Source: Candidatus Hadarchaeales archaeon
GTDB taxonomy: Archaea; Hadarchaeota; Hadarchaeia; Hadarchaeales; WYZ-LMO6
Direction of reading: 5' to 3'
Assembly: GCA_038851755.1 (NCBI GenBank)
Contig: JAWCKR010000004.1
Coordinates: forward strand, 25,332-89,331
DNA length: 64,000 nt
Shown: positions 53,096-63,907 of the stretch, piece by piece
How positions within the stretch are numbered: the stretch's first letter is position 1
How the letters are laid out: every line of letters begins with the position of its first letter
Notes under the pieces: model-generated
Seen by the model: only the letters and a program-made list of their open reading frames with translations
Database searches by the model: none
Told to the model about the DNA's origin: nothing
Position numbers and translations under genes: made by a program

Positions 53096-53562
53096 CCCCC
53101 GGGGGTACCGTGGAAGGGAACGTTCTTCCAGAGGAGATCCCAGACATCCTCCCCCGTCACGGTTTCCCTCCTCACGAGGAGCTCCATCACCTTCTTCAGG
53201 AGGAGATGGTGCCTCCTCTCGTCCTCGCGGATGGCCTGCAGGAGCATCCTCACCCTTTCGTCCTCCACCTGGGGCAGCACGGAATCTATCTTCTCCAACA
53301 GCTCCTCTTCCCACTTCAGGTGCTTCCTCAGGAGCTCCTCCTGCTCCCTGAGCTGTTCCTCCTTCACCTCTTCCCTCACCATCCCCTGCAGGAGCTTCAG
53401 GGCGGCCTCGTACATGCGTGCGTGCTTCACGGAGTCTAGGGAAATCCCCTCCAGCACCCCCTTCACGGCAGGGTGTGAAATCTTCCCCAGGCTCTCCCTG
53501 AGGGAGGCCACGATTTCCTCCTCCCTCCTCACCATCTCCTTCATGAATTCCTTCAGGTCCAC
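53092..53562 (-). CDS. Ferritin-like / rubrerythrin-like four-helix-bundle protein
   Basis: EEE...DSVKH and EEE...DERRH di-iron-type pattern; start GTG 53562. Confidence 0.75.
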   Translation of the reverse strand: MDLKEFMKEMVRREEEIVASLRESLGKISHPAVKGVLEGISLDSVKHARMYEAALKLLQGMVREEVKEEQLREQEELLRKHLKWEEELLEKIDSVLPQVEDERVRMLLQAIREDERRHHLLLKKVMELLVRRETVTGEDVWDLLWKNVPFHGTPGG

Positions 53563-54749
53563 GGCTTCACCTCCAGCCCCAACCCGCGATGCTTGGCGGC
53601 GACCAGCTCCGCCAGCTCCTCCAGGGCCTTCAGGTCCTTCTCCGAGGGATACCCCTTGATCATGACGGGTGGAAGGGCTCCCGCCCCCGTTCTGGAGAGA
53701 ACCTCCGAGAGCACCTCCACTGTCCTGCCTCCCCACCCGTAGGAGCCCACCACCCCGAAGAACCTGAGCTTGGGGCGCAGGGCGGCCACCAGCTGGGCGG
53801 CGTGGAGGACCACGGGATGGGGACCACCCAGAACGGTGGGGCAACCCACGAGGAGCGTGGCCGCGTCCACCAGCGCCATGGCCAGCTCACCCACGTCCGT
53901 GACGGTGAGGTCGAAGGGTTTCACGGTAATCCCCCTCCTCACCAGAGCTTCCGTCAGGTGCTCCACCATCCTCTTCACGCTCCCGTGCATGGAGAGGTAG
54001 GGGAGGACCACCTCATTCTTCACGGCGTCGGAGCTCCAGTCCTCGTAGGCCCTGAGGATGAACTCCGGGTTGGGATGCAGGGGGCCGTGGCTGGGGGCGA
54101 TGAGCCTCACCTCCAGCTCTCTGACCCTCTCCAGGTTCTTCCTCACCTGGCTCCTGAAGGGCATCATGATTTCGGCGTAGTACCTCTTGGCCGCCGGGTA
54201 AACCTCCACCTCATCGGCCCGGGGCGCGGAGGTGGCCAGGTGGGATCCCAGGAAATCGCAGGTGAAGAGGATTCTCTCCTCCTTCAGGTAGGTGAGCATG
54301 GTGTCGGGCCAGTGGACCCAGGGGGCGTGGAGGAACTGCAGGGTCTTGTCCCCCAGGGAGAGGATTTCCCCGTCCCCGACCTCCCTCACCCTCTCACCGG
54401 GGACGTGGAGGAGGAGCTGCAGGAGTTCCTTGCCCTTGGGGTGGGCCAGCACTTTGGCCTCAGGGTACTCCTCGAGCACCGCCGGTAGGGAACCCGAGTG
54501 GTCCTGCTCGGCGTGATGGACCACCACGTAGTCCAGCTCCTTCACCCCAAGCCCACGGAGGTTCTCCAGCAGCACCTCCCGCTTGGAAGGGTCCACCGTG
54601 TCCAGGAGGACTGTTCCCCCGCTTCCCCTCACCAGGTAGGAGTTATAGCTCGTGCCCTGAGGGAGGGGGATGAGGCCGTCGAACAGCCTCCTTTCCCAGT
54701 CCACCGCCCCCACGGCGTAGACGCCGGGGGCTATCTCCCTGGGAATCAA
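53553..54749 (-). CDS. fprA: Flavodiiron protein (FprA; O2/NO reductase)
   Basis: [43 protein letters not shown]; TTG 54749 overlaps the upstream TGA. Confidence 0.92.
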   Translation of the reverse strand: MIPREIAPGVYAVGAVDWERRLFDGLIPLPQGTSYNSYLVRGSGGTVLLDTVDPSKREVLLENLRGLGVKELDYVVVHHAEQDHSGSLPAVLEEYPEAKVLAHPKGKELLQLLLHVPGERVREVGDGEILSLGDKTLQFLHAPWVHWPDTMLTYLKEERILFTCDFLGSHLATSAPRADEVEVYPAAKRYYAEIMMPFRSQVRKNLERVRELEVRLIAPSHGPLHPNPEFILRAYEDWSSDAVKNEVVLPYLSMHGSVKRMVEHLTEALVRRGITVKPFDLTVTDVGELAMALVDAATLLVGCPTVLGGPHPVVLHAAQLVAALRPKLRFFGVVGSYGWGGRTVEVLSEVLSRTGAGALPPVMIKGYPSEKDLKALEELAELVAAKHRGLGLEVKPWT

Positions 54750-55432
54750 CCCTCCACCTTCCGGAAGAGGGACTTGTCGGCCCCGCAGACGGGGCAGACC
54801 CACCCATCGGGGAGCATCTCGAAGGGTGTACCTGGTGGTATGCCCCCCTCCGGGTCACCCTTCTCTGGATCGTAGAGGTACCCGCAGACGGAGCACCGGT
54901 ACTTGTCCATCTTCTTCACCTCGGGCGGTTTCTCCACATAGGAGGGCGCGGTCTTGGGGGTGGTCCCGCCCTTCACCTCCCGGTAATGGGCGTAGGTCAT
55001 GGGTTCTCCCTCCTTCACCACCTCCGCCTCCACCACCTTCCCCACGAAGAGGGTGTGGGTGCCCGCATCCATCTCCCCCACCACCTCCGCCTCTATGTGG
55101 GCAAGGGTGTGGTCGAGCACGAGGGGTGCCCCCGTTTTCCCCACCTTGTACCTCACCTCGGCGAGCTTGTCTCCCTCCCTCCCGGACTTGAAGCCGAAGT
55201 GCCCTATGAACTTCAGAGGGGTTTCCTTGGAGAGGATGGAGACGGCGAAGATCCTGCTCTTCTGGATGAACTCGTGGGTGAGGTTCTTCTTGTTCACGGA
55301 GACCACCACCTGCGGGGGCTCGGAGGTTACCTGGAACACGGTGTTGGCGATCTGCCCGTTGAGCTTTTCCCCATCTCTGGAGGTTAATACGTACAACCCG
55401 TAGCTGAGCTTGTGAAGGGCTTTGGGGTCCAC
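54746..55432 (-). CDS. Flavin reductase-rubredoxin fusion (high-molecular-weight rubredoxin, Hrb-like)
   Basis: [26 protein letters not shown] flavin-reductase domain plus [10 protein letters not shown]...WVCPVCG rubredoxin. Confidence 0.9.
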   Translation of the reverse strand: MDPKALHKLSYGLYVLTSRDGEKLNGQIANTVFQVTSEPPQVVVSVNKKNLTHEFIQKSRIFAVSILSKETPLKFIGHFGFKSGREGDKLAEVRYKVGKTGAPLVLDHTLAHIEAEVVGEMDAGTHTLFVGKVVEAEVVKEGEPMTYAHYREVKGGTTPKTAPSYVEKPPEVKKMDKYRCSVCGYLYDPEKGDPEGGIPPGTPFEMLPDGWVCPVCGADKSLFRKVEG

Positions 55433-55550
55433 GCCTTTTTTTTCTCCCGCCTGGTTAAAAGTGCGGGGAAGAGGGTCGGGAGGAGAGAAAATCTTTTATA
55501 GGGGAAGTCTGATTAACTCATTTGATTCTAAGAGCTTGTGAGGTGGTGAG

Positions 55551-57203
55551 ATGGCAGCGCCGGCAGCCCAACTAGGCGGTACTCCCGTGCTGGTCCTCCC
55601 CGAGAAGGCCATGAGGTATCTGGGCAGGGATGCCCAGCACATGAACATCATGGCCGCCAGGGTGATCGCGGAGGCCGTTCGCACCACCCTGGGACCCAGG
55701 GGCATGGACAAGATGCTGGTGGACAGCCTGGGTGACATCACGGTGACCAACGACGGGGTCACCATCCTGAAGGAGATGGATGTGGAGCACCCCGCCGCCA
55801 AGATGATGGTGGAGATTGCGAAGACCCAGGAGGACGAGGCGGGTGACGGGACCACCACCACCGTGGTCCTGGCCGGGGAGCTCCTGAAGAAGGCGGAGGA
55901 GCTGCTGGACCAGGACATCCACGCCACCATCATAGCGAGCGGGTACAGGAAGGCGGCGGCCAAGGCCCAGGAGATCCTGCAAAAGATCGCCCGCCCGATT
56001 TCGAAGGACGATGTGGAGATGCTGAAGAAGATCGTGGCCACCTCCATAAGCAGCAAGGGGTCCGAGATAAAGGGTGACAGGCTGGTGAGCCTCATCGTGG
56101 AGGCCGCCAGGCAGATCGTGAAAGAGGAGAACGGGAAAATCAGGGCGGACAGGGACAAGATCAAGCTGGAGAAGAAGATAGGTGGCTCCTCCTCCGACTC
56201 CCAGCTGGTGAAGGGCATCGTGCTCGACAAGGAGGTGGTCCACCCGGGCATGCCCAAGAGGGTGAAGAACGCGAAGATCGCCCTCATCAGCAGCGCGTTC
56301 GAGGTGGAGAAGACCGAGACGGACGCCAAGATCAACATCACCGATCCCGAGCAGCTGAAGAGCTTCCTGGACGAGGAGAGGAAGATGCTGGCTGACATGG
56401 TGGAGCAGGTGAAGAGGGTGGGGGCCAACGTGGTCCTGTGCCAGAAGGGCATAGACGACGTGGCCCAGCACTACCTGGCGAAGGCGGGCATCCTGGCCGT
56501 GAGGAGGGTGAAGGAGTCCGACATGCAGAAGCTGGCCGAGGCCACGGGGGGGAGGGTGGTGATGAGCCTGAAGGACCTGAGCCCCTCGGACCTGGGCTCG
56601 GCGGAGCTCGTGGAGGAGAGGAAGGTGGCGGGGGAGGAAATGGTGTTCGTGGAGGGTTGCAAGGATCCCAAGGCCGTGACCATCCTGGTGAGGGGTGGGA
56701 CGGAGCACGTGGTGGACGAGCTGGAGAGGGCGGTCCACGATGGGGTCTCCGTGGCCTGCGTCGCCCTGGAGGATGGAAGGGTCCTGCCGGGAGGAGGGGC
56801 ATGCGAGATGGAGGTGGCCAAGGGGCTCCGCGACTACTCCAAGGAGCTGGGGGGGAGGGAGGCCCTGGCCGTCAACGCTTTCGCCGACGCCATGGAGGTC
56901 ATCCCGAGGACGCTGGCGGAGAACGCCGGTCTGGACTCCATCGACATCCTGGTGAAGCTGCGCGCGGAGCACGAAAAGGCCGACGGGGTGAACAAGGGGG
57001 TGGAGGTGGTGAGCGGGCAGATCGTGGACATGATGGAGAAGGGGGTGGTGGAACCCATCAGGGTGAAGCTGCAGGCCATAAAGTCGGCCAGCGAGGCCGC
57101 CGAGATGATCCTGAGGATAGACGATGTCATCGCCGCGGTGAAGACGGAGGAGAAGGAAAAGAAGGGAGAGAAGGGAGAGACTCCCCCCTCACCAGAGTTC
57201 TGA
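55551..57203 (+). CDS. ths: Thermosome (group II chaperonin) subunit
   Basis: [46 protein letters not shown]. Confidence 0.96.
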   Translation: MAAPAAQLGGTPVLVLPEKAMRYLGRDAQHMNIMAARVIAEAVRTTLGPRGMDKMLVDSLGDITVTNDGVTILKEMDVEHPAAKMMVEIAKTQEDEAGDGTTTTVVLAGELLKKAEELLDQDIHATIIASGYRKAAAKAQEILQKIARPISKDDVEMLKKIVATSISSKGSEIKGDRLVSLIVEAARQIVKEENGKIRADRDKIKLEKKIGGSSSDSQLVKGIVLDKEVVHPGMPKRVKNAKIALISSAFEVEKTETDAKINITDPEQLKSFLDEERKMLADMVEQVKRVGANVVLCQKGIDDVAQHYLAKAGILAVRRVKESDMQKLAEATGGRVVMSLKDLSPSDLGSAELVEERKVAGEEMVFVEGCKDPKAVTILVRGGTEHVVDELERAVHDGVSVACVALEDGRVLPGGGACEMEVAKGLRDYSKELGGREALAVNAFADAMEVIPRTLAENAGLDSIDILVKLRAEHEKADGVNKGVEVVSGQIVDMMEKGVVEPIRVKLQAIKSASEAAEMILRIDDVIAAVKTEEKEKKGEKGETPPSPEF

Positions 57204-57434
57204 ATGCAGACCGCTGATTTTCTGGGGGGGTCCCACATCTTCTCCGTAAGAAAATACACCAAATTCGAAAAGGCCAGGATCATAGGGGCTCGCGCCCTCC
57301 AGATCTCCATGGGCGCTCCCGTCCTCGTGGAGGTTCCCCCCCACCTGAAAAGCTCGGTGGAGATAGCCCTTTACGAGTTCGAGAAGGGTGTGTGCCCCAT
57401 CACCGTGCTGAGGGAGCTGCCCGGGGAGTCCTGA
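57204..57434 (+). CDS. rpoK: RNA polymerase subunit Rpo6 (K)
   Basis: [22 protein letters not shown]...PITVLR; start uncertain. Confidence 0.92.
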   Translation: MQTADFLGGSHIFSVRKYTKFEKARIIGARALQISMGAPVLVEVPPHLKSSVEIALYEFEKGVCPITVLRELPGES

Positions 57435-57977
57435 TCACTCCTTTTTCTTCCGGTAGAGTGCGGGGAGGAAGCGCGTGAACTCCCCCATCTCCTCCAGGCA
57501 GTGACGTCGCAGCGCTCCCCCGGTCAGGGAGAGGAGGCTCCTGGGAAGCCGGAAGGTGGAGCGCATCCTGGTTCCTCCAGGCATCACGTCGTACTCGTGG
57601 AGGACCCATCCCACGGGTCGGTCCCCCTTCCCCAGGATGCTGCTGGCGACGGCGTGGCGGTAGGAGGGGGAGCGGGGGATGGGTGTTTCGTCCGGGTTCT
57701 CCACCCTCATCCTCATCTCCACGGGAGGGGTTTCCCCTATCCTCTCCACCACCCTTTGCACGGTTCCTCCCTCTTCCACCTCGAAGGACACGTGGTCCAC
57801 GGGATGCCAGAGCCTGTACCTCCTGATTGCTTCATCCCTCCCCTCCATGGGCCCTTCGAACAGGTAGGTCCAGAACCAGTCGATCATTTCAGGTTCCACC
57901 TCCCTCAGTTCGTGTTCTACCACCAGATCCTCGCTTTCCTCTTCTTCCACCATCTCTTCCAGCCTTATCCTCTCCAT
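57435..57977 (-). CDS. PhlG/DAPG-hydrolase-like protein (Bet v1/START fold)
   Basis: PEMIDWFW, RYRLWHPVDH, VVERIG, MRSTF, HCLEEM..FLPALY. Confidence 0.7.
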   Translation of the reverse strand: MERIRLEEMVEEEESEDLVVEHELREVEPEMIDWFWTYLFEGPMEGRDEAIRRYRLWHPVDHVSFEVEEGGTVQRVVERIGETPPVEMRMRVENPDETPIPRSPSYRHAVASSILGKGDRPVGWVLHEYDVMPGGTRMRSTFRLPRSLLSLTGGALRRHCLEEMGEFTRFLPALYRKKKE

Positions 57978-58027
57978 CGATTTCCCTGTGCCGCCGGACT
58001 TTTAACCCTCCTCTCCGAGGTTTGGAG

Positions 58028-59035
58028 ATGGGGGTTCAGCTGGGTCCCCTCCTCCCGCGGACGGAGGTGGGGTTCGAGGAGCTCAGGGGCAAAAAGGTGG
58101 CGGTGGATGCCCTGAACTTCCTCTACCAGTTCCTGGCCATCATCCGCCAGAGGGATGGAGAGCCCCTCAGGGACTCCAGGGGAAGGATCACCTCGCACCT
58201 CTCGGGGCTCTTCTACCGCACCGCCAACCTGCTGGAGGCGGAGATCTACCCCATCTACGTCTTCGACGGGAAGCCTCCGGAGCTGAAGAGGAGGACCCTG
58301 GAGGAGAGGAGGGTGGTGAGGGAGAAGGCGGCGGAGGAGTGGGAGAGGGCGCTGAGGGAAGGGAGGCTGGAGGAGGCCAGGAGATACGCGGGTCAGGCGG
58401 CCAGGGTGGAGGAGCAGGTGGTGGAGGACGCCAAGCGCCTCCTCCGCCTGATGGGTCTTCCCTTTGTCCAGGCCCCCGCGGAGGGCGAGGCCCAGGCCGC
58501 TCACCTCGTGAGGAGGGGGGACGCCTGGGCGGTGGCGAGCCAGGATTTCGACAGCCTGCTCTTCGGCTCCCCCGTCTTGGTCAGGAACCTTGCCATCACG
58601 GGGAGGAGGAAGCTCCCCGGCAAGGATGCTTACGTGGAGGTGAGGCCGGAGGTGGTGGAGCTGGGGAGGGCCCTTTCGGAGCTGGGGATCACCAGGGAGC
58701 AGCTGGTGGACGTGGGGATTCTGGTGGGGACGGACTTCAACGAGGGGGTGAAGGGGATAGGGCCCAAGAGGGCGCTGGAGCTGGTGAGGAAGCACGGATC
58801 CCTGGAGGGGATGGAGGGGGTGGAGGTGGAGGGCTTCGAGGAGATCAGGAAGATCTTCCTGGAGCCGGAGGTCTCGGACGAGTACAGGATAGAGTGGGGC
58901 CAGCCGGATGTGGAGGGGATAAAGGAGTTCCTGTGCGGGGAGCACGACTTCTCCGAAGACAGGGTTCAGTCTGGAATCCAGAAGTTGTTAAGAGGGAGGG
59001 AGGGAAGGCAGAGCTCCCTGGAGCGCTGGTTCTGA
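58028..59035 (+). CDS. fen: Flap endonuclease 1
   Basis: MGVQL, DALNFLYQFL, ITSHLSGLFYR, VFDGKPP, EGEAQAA, SQDFD, GTDFN, PIP box QSSLERWF. Confidence 0.96.
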   Translation: MGVQLGPLLPRTEVGFEELRGKKVAVDALNFLYQFLAIIRQRDGEPLRDSRGRITSHLSGLFYRTANLLEAEIYPIYVFDGKPPELKRRTLEERRVVREKAAEEWERALREGRLEEARRYAGQAARVEEQVVEDAKRLLRLMGLPFVQAPAEGEAQAAHLVRRGDAWAVASQDFDSLLFGSPVLVRNLAITGRRKLPGKDAYVEVRPEVVELGRALSELGITREQLVDVGILVGTDFNEGVKGIGPKRALELVRKHGSLEGMEGVEVEGFEEIRKIFLEPEVSDEYRIEWGQPDVEGIKEFLCGEHDFSEDRVQSGIQKLLRGREGRQSSLERWF

Positions 59036-59036
59036 G

Positions 59037-59666
59037 CTATTCTTTCCACCCGTACTTCCCCACCAGGGGAACGAAGGAGCAGGGGGAGTAGTTCTCCACG
59101 CGCAGGTCCCCCCCCTCCCTCTTCTCCGCCACCTTCCAGACCTGCCCGCCGTAAAAGTGTCCCACCGGGGCCCCCATCCTCCCTCCCACCTTCAGCTGGT
59201 CCACCAGAGGGGGCGGAAAGCCCGGGGAGCAGGCCGTGATGAGGATCCTGTCCCAGGGGGCACCGGGGGGATATCCGCAGGTGCCGTCCCCCACCACCAC
59301 CTCCACCCACCCGTATCCAGCCTTCCTCAGGTTCTCCCTCCCGAAGGAGGCCAGGCTGGAGAGGCGCTCGATGGATACCACCTTCCCCTCCCTACCCACC
59401 AGCTCCGCCAGGAGGGCGGCGTTGTATCCCGAGCCCGTCCCCACCTCCAGCACCCTCTGTCCTCTCTCCAGCTTCAGGGACTCCAGCATCAGGGCGATCA
59501 TGCTGGGGGCGGAAATGGTCTGCCCGTGTCCTATCGAGAGGGGGTGGTCCTCGTATGCGTACTTCCTGAGGGAGGGCGGGACGAACTCCTCCCTCGGGAC
59601 CTTCCTGAAGGCCTCGATGATGGAAGGGGTGCGGAGGTAACCCCACCTCACCAGCTCCTCCACCAT
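59037..59666 (-). CDS. pcm: Protein-L-isoaspartate O-methyltransferase
   Basis: VPREEF, AYEDHPL, GQTISAP, VLEVGTGSGYNAA, GDGTCG, FVPLVG. Confidence 0.93.
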   Translation of the reverse strand: MVEELVRWGYLRTPSIIEAFRKVPREEFVPPSLRKYAYEDHPLSIGHGQTISAPSMIALMLESLKLERGQRVLEVGTGSGYNAALLAELVGREGKVVSIERLSSLASFGRENLRKAGYGWVEVVVGDGTCGYPPGAPWDRILITACSPGFPPPLVDQLKVGGRMGAPVGHFYGGQVWKVAEKREGGDLRVENYSPCSFVPLVGKYGWKE

Positions 59667-59722
59667 GGCCTCCCTCTCCCTCTCGAAACCCAGAAATACC
59701 CCCCAGAAAACTGGGAGGAGGA

Positions 59723-60142
59723 ATGAAAAAAAGGGAGAGGGTGAGGGCCAGGGGGCATCCGCTCCTCACCGCCCTCCATCCCACCACCCTGATGATCACG
59801 AGGGAGGAGGAGGCGGGGCCGAGGGGGGACTGCATCGTGGCGGTGGGTGCCGACAAGTCCGTTCGGGACCTGGGGAGGGAACTGAAGGAGGGGATAAGGG
59901 AGGGGGGGAAGGTGGTGGTGAGGATGGAGGTGGGGGGACTCGTGGAGGAAGTACGCGCCTGGGGCCATCCCTCCCTCGCCCTGGACCACCCCACGGACAT
60001 GGTGGTGAGGAAGAGCTCCTTCGTGTGCGGGAGAACGCTGGCGGTGAGGGCGGACAGGGCGGCCGCGGACCTCTCCAGGGGGTTCGTGGGCCTCCTCAGG
60101 AGGGGCCTGCCGGTGGAGATCACCGTCGAGGTGGAGTTCTAG
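59723..60142 (+). CDS. DUF371-family protein
   Basis: ARGHP...HPTTL.ITRE...RGDCIVAV.ADK, VVRKSSF, RTLAVRADRAAADL. Confidence 0.87.
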   Translation: MKKRERVRARGHPLLTALHPTTLMITREEEAGPRGDCIVAVGADKSVRDLGRELKEGIREGGKVVVRMEVGGLVEEVRAWGHPSLALDHPTDMVVRKSSFVCGRTLAVRADRAAADLSRGFVGLLRRGLPVEITVEVEF

Positions 60143-60314
60143 TCCTTCGGGTCTTCGGCATCAGCTCGGGTGGGAGGAGGTAGGGTATGCCGTCCACGAT
60201 GGGATACCTCTGGGAGCACTTCCTGCACACCAGTTCCTTCTTCTCCAGCTTCAGCTCCCCCTTGCACACCGGGCAGGCGAGGATCCTCAGCAGCTCCCGG
60301 CTTATGGCGGGCAC
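60120..60314 (-). CDS. Trm112-like methyltransferase activator
   Basis: LLRILACPVCKGEL...LVCRKC..RYPIVDGIPYLL. Confidence 0.88.
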   Translation of the reverse strand: MPAISRELLRILACPVCKGELKLEKKELVCRKCSQRYPIVDGIPYLLPPELMPKTRRTRTPPRR

Positions 60315-60322
60315 CTCTCACC

Positions 60323-61711
60323 TCACCTTCCGGCGGTATATCTCTTTCCGTACCCGTACCCGTAGATCTCCTTCCTCACCCTCCTGATCTTCAGGTAGTC
60401 CCCCACGTACCTCCTCACGCCCATCCACATCAGCCCCAGCTCCCTCCTCTGCAGGATCTTCCTGAAGGCGCTCTTCCACCCCTCCCTCTTGGAGAAGTCG
60501 GCGCACCGGTCGCAGAGCTCCTGCAGCTCCTGCTTGGAGTAGGGGGTGAGGCCCAGCTCGGGGGCGGTGGCCACGAACTGGTCCGGGCGCAGCTTCCCCT
60601 CCCTCACGGCCCAGTTCCAGATGGCCGAGCCCACCATGTAGAGGAGGATGTTCCCGTTGATGAAGTCGGCTCCCCCCTTCTCCAGGAACTCGATGGAGCG
60701 CACCATGTCCTCCTTGGTCTCCATGGGGGCCCCGAAGATCAGGCTCCCCAGAAAGATGATCCCGTACTCCCTGCAGAGGTCCATCGAGCGCTTCACGTAG
60801 CGGGGCCAGCGCTCTGGATGCGGGGTCTTCGCGTACCACCTCACCACCTTGGGGACCACGGACTCCACTCCGTAGCTCAGGGCCAGGACCCCCATCTCCC
60901 TCATGGCCCTGTAGAGGGCCCTGCTGGGCGTGTCCACCCTCGCCTGGCCGAAGAAGTGGAACTTCAGTCCCTCCCTCTTCATCAGGTCGGCCAGCTTGAT
61001 CACCCTCCTGGGGTCGTTCGTGAAGTTGTCGTCGGCGATCCAGATGGAGTCAAAACCTTCCCTGTCGAGAAGCTTCAGCTCCTCCAGGATCTGGCGGGGG
61101 GAGCGGGAGCGGAAGCCCAGCTTCTTGGGGCGGTTGCAGTAGGTGCAGCCGTACCTGCACCCCCTGGAGGTCAGGATGCCCGTGATCTTCCCCGTCATCT
61201 TCATCCCGTAGAACTGCCCGTACTCCACGTGCTCCACCAGCTTCCGGGCGGGGAGGGGTAGGGAGTCCAGTTCCTGGGGCTCCCTCACCCGGATGATCCC
61301 CGAGGGCCTTTCCTCCACGATCCTGACGATCTCCTCCTCCGCCTCCCCCAACACGTAGGCGTCCGCCCCCATCTCCTGCAGGTACTCGGGGGGGGAGACG
61401 GAGACGTGGGGCCCTCCCACCACCACGTAGGCCCCCGAGTGCTTCTTGACCTCCCTCACGATCCGCTTGCAGGAGTCCAGGGTGAGGGTGAGGCAGGTCA
61501 GGCCCACCACGTCCGGCTTCTCCTCCTTGATCCTCTCGCCCAGCTCCTTAAGGGAGAGGCGCTCGGCCTCCGCGTCCACCACCCTGACCCTGTGCCCCGC
61601 CCTCTCCAGGACGGAGGCCAGATAGAGGATTCCCAGCGGAGGGGCGTAGGCGGAGAGGGCCCCCCTCTCCTCGAAGCTGATGGGTGGGTAGATGAAGAGG
61701 ACGGATGCCAT
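60323..61711 (-). CDS. Cobalamin-binding radical SAM enzyme
   Basis: PPLGILYLASVL, VVGGPHVS, GEAE, TSRGCRYGCTYC, DDNFT, GVES, IFGAPMET. Confidence 0.88.
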   Translation of the reverse strand: MASVLFIYPPISFEERGALSAYAPPLGILYLASVLERAGHRVRVVDAEAERLSLKELGERIKEEKPDVVGLTCLTLTLDSCKRIVREVKKHSGAYVVVGGPHVSVSPPEYLQEMGADAYVLGEAEEEIVRIVEERPSGIIRVREPQELDSLPLPARKLVEHVEYGQFYGMKMTGKITGILTSRGCRYGCTYCNRPKKLGFRSRSPRQILEELKLLDREGFDSIWIADDNFTNDPRRVIKLADLMKREGLKFHFFGQARVDTPSRALYRAMREMGVLALSYGVESVVPKVVRWYAKTPHPERWPRYVKRSMDLCREYGIIFLGSLIFGAPMETKEDMVRSIEFLEKGGADFINGNILLYMVGSAIWNWAVREGKLRPDQFVATAPELGLTPYSKQELQELCDRCADFSKREGWKSAFRKILQRRELGLMWMGVRRYVGDYLKIRRVRKEIYGYGYGKRYTAGR

Positions 61712-61741
61712 ACTCCTTCAGTTTTTAGGGATGAGATAAAT

Positions 61742-62767
61742 ATGGAGGGGATGATGAAGAGGGGTTTCAAGAGCATCCTTATCCTTCTCCCCCTTTTGCT
61801 GGCCTTATCGGTGCTCGCGGTTTTCTGGAGGGATGACCTGTACTCCGCGGCCGGAGTCCTCCGCGGGGTGCAGCTCCGCTGGTTCGTGGCGGCAATCGCA
61901 CTGTACTTCGGGAGCATCGTGATCTGGGCGCTCCGCTGGAGGGTTTCCCTTTCCTACCTGGGCTTCGGAGTGGACCTGAAGGGCCTGTACCTGATCCTCT
62001 CAGGGAGCGTCTTCATCAACAACATCACCCCCCTCTTCAGGGGGGGAGCGGATCCCCTGGGGAGGGTCTACCTGCTGGGGAAGCTCAGGGGGGTGCCCTA
62101 CTCCTCCGCCCTTTCCACCACCTTCCTGGACCACCTCTTCGATTTCCCCGTCGTCATTTCCTTTCTCATGCTGGGCCTCCTCCTCGGAGTCTCCCTCCCC
62201 TTTTCCCTCCCCTGGTTCCTCTTCCTCTGGCTCTTCCTCCTCCTCTTCCCCCCTTCCCTGGTCTTTGGGGTGGTGAGGAAGGAGGTGGGGGTGAAGGTGC
62301 TGGGGAAGGTGCTGAGCCGCCTGGGCAGGCTGCTGGGAAGGAGGAGGAGCCTGCTCTCCTCCGTTAGGGAGATGTACCGCAGCTCCAGTTCCGTGCTCTC
62401 CACCTGGAGGTGCGTCCTGCCCCTCCTCCTGCTCTCCCTCCTCATCTGGTTGCTGGACCTCCTCAGGCTCTTCCTGGTCTTCCTCTCCCTGAGCTACCGT
62501 CCAGGCCTTCCCATGCTCCTCCTGGCCACGTCCCTCCCCACGCTGGCAGGCCTCGTGCCCTTCCTCCCGGGCGGGCTGGTGCTGGTGGAGGCCACCATGC
62601 TCTCCGTCTTCACCTTCTTCAGGGTACCCCTTCCCACGGCTCTGGCGGCCGTCCTGCTGGAGAGGACGATCTCCCTCATCCTGAGCACGCTGGTGGGGGC
62701 GGGAGTCCTCTCCTACCTGGGCCTGTCGGGACTTCCCCTCGCGCGCCGTCGCCCCACCAAAGGCTAA
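61742..62767 (+). CDS. UPF0104 / lysylphosphatidylglycerol-synthase-TM (putative flippase) membrane protein
   Basis: LRWR, FINNITP..GGADPLGRVY, PFLPGGL..VE, LLERTIS. Confidence 0.83.
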   Translation: MEGMMKRGFKSILILLPLLLALSVLAVFWRDDLYSAAGVLRGVQLRWFVAAIALYFGSIVIWALRWRVSLSYLGFGVDLKGLYLILSGSVFINNITPLFRGGADPLGRVYLLGKLRGVPYSSALSTTFLDHLFDFPVVISFLMLGLLLGVSLPFSLPWFLFLWLFLLLFPPSLVFGVVRKEVGVKVLGKVLSRLGRLLGRRRSLLSSVREMYRSSSSVLSTWRCVLPLLLLSLLIWLLDLLRLFLVFLSLSYRPGLPMLLLATSLPTLAGLVPFLPGGLVLVEATMLSVFTFFRVPLPTALAAVLLERTISLILSTLVGAGVLSYLGLSGLPLARRRPTKG

Positions 62768-62800
62768 ATCTTCACGTCCCCCTCTTCGGGGAGGTAGAGG

Positions 62801-63907
62801 ATGAGGGTGGCACTGGTTGGTGACGAGTACCCTCCCGTGACGGGGGGAGCGGCCACCTACGCCGCGGAGCTGGGCTCCGCCCTCTCCAGGCTGGGAGTGG
62901 AGGTAGTGGTCTTCACCAGGGAGGGCGCAGAGGCCAGAGGAGGGGTGGAGGTGAGGGGCCTCAGGGGACTCTCCGTGAAGAACAGGTCCGTCTCCCCCTG
63001 GACCTTCTCCGGACTCCGCAGGCAGCTCCGCTCCGGGGACTTTTCGGTGGTGCACGGTACGGACATATACTCACCCCTGGCCCTGGCGGCCTCCCGCTTC
63101 GCCAGGGGGTGGGGTTTGCCCTCGGTCCTCACCTGTCATTCCTTCCTCCCTCCATCCGGGCTCTGGAGGGCGGCCCATTTCCCCCTCACCTTTTACCTGA
63201 GGGGGGCCAGCAGGGTGGTGGCGGTGAGCGGGGCCTCCAGGGACTTCTGTGTCTCCCTGGGCGTGGCCGGAGAGAGGATAGAGGTGATCCCCAACGGTGT
63301 GAACCTCTCCACCTTTCACGAGGGGCTGGACGGGGAGGAGTTCAGGAGGAAGGTGGGAGTGGGGGACGGGGAGCCCCTGGTGGCCACGGCGATAAGGCTG
63401 GTGAAGAGGAAGGGCCCTTACCTGCTCCTCAGGGCCTTCGAGGAGGTGGGAAAGGAGGTGCCCGAGGCCAAGCTCGTGATAGCGGGGGAGGGGCCGGAGG
63501 AGGAGGGAATAAGGAGGAGGGCGGAGAAGGGAGGGCTGGGGGAAAGGGTGGAGGTGCTGGGCCGCCTTCCCTATCCGCAGGTGGCCAGGCTCATGGCCGG
63601 AGCCGACGTCTTCGTCCTACCCTCCTCCGTGGAGGCCTTCGGTCTGGCGGCGGTGGAGGCCATGGCGGTGGGGACCCCCGTGATCTGCCCGAGGGCGGGG
63701 GGAATCCTGGAGTTCGCCAGGGAAGGTTACAACTGCCTCTTCTTCGAGCCGGGTGATCCCTCTTCCCTGAAGGAGGCCCTCCTCAGGCTCCTCTCCGACG
63801 GGGGTCTGGCTGAGACCCTCCGCCGTGGCGGCCTGGAAACGGCCAGGAGGTTCACCTGGGAGAACACGGCCAGGCTCACCCTCAGGCTCTACGAGGAGAT
63901 CGCTTGA
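62801..63907 (+). CDS. GT4-family glycosyltransferase
   Basis: YPPVTGGA, VAVS, VIPNGV, RLVKRKG, FVLPSSVEAFGLAAVEAMAVGTP. Confidence 0.92.
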   Translation: MRVALVGDEYPPVTGGAATYAAELGSALSRLGVEVVVFTREGAEARGGVEVRGLRGLSVKNRSVSPWTFSGLRRQLRSGDFSVVHGTDIYSPLALAASRFARGWGLPSVLTCHSFLPPSGLWRAAHFPLTFYLRGASRVVAVSGASRDFCVSLGVAGERIEVIPNGVNLSTFHEGLDGEEFRRKVGVGDGEPLVATAIRLVKRKGPYLLLRAFEEVGKEVPEAKLVIAGEGPEEEGIRRRAEKGGLGERVEVLGRLPYPQVARLMAGADVFVLPSSVEAFGLAAVEAMAVGTPVICPRAGGILEFAREGYNCLFFEPGDPSSLKEALLRLLSDGGLAETLRRGGLETARRFTWENTARLTLRLYEEIA

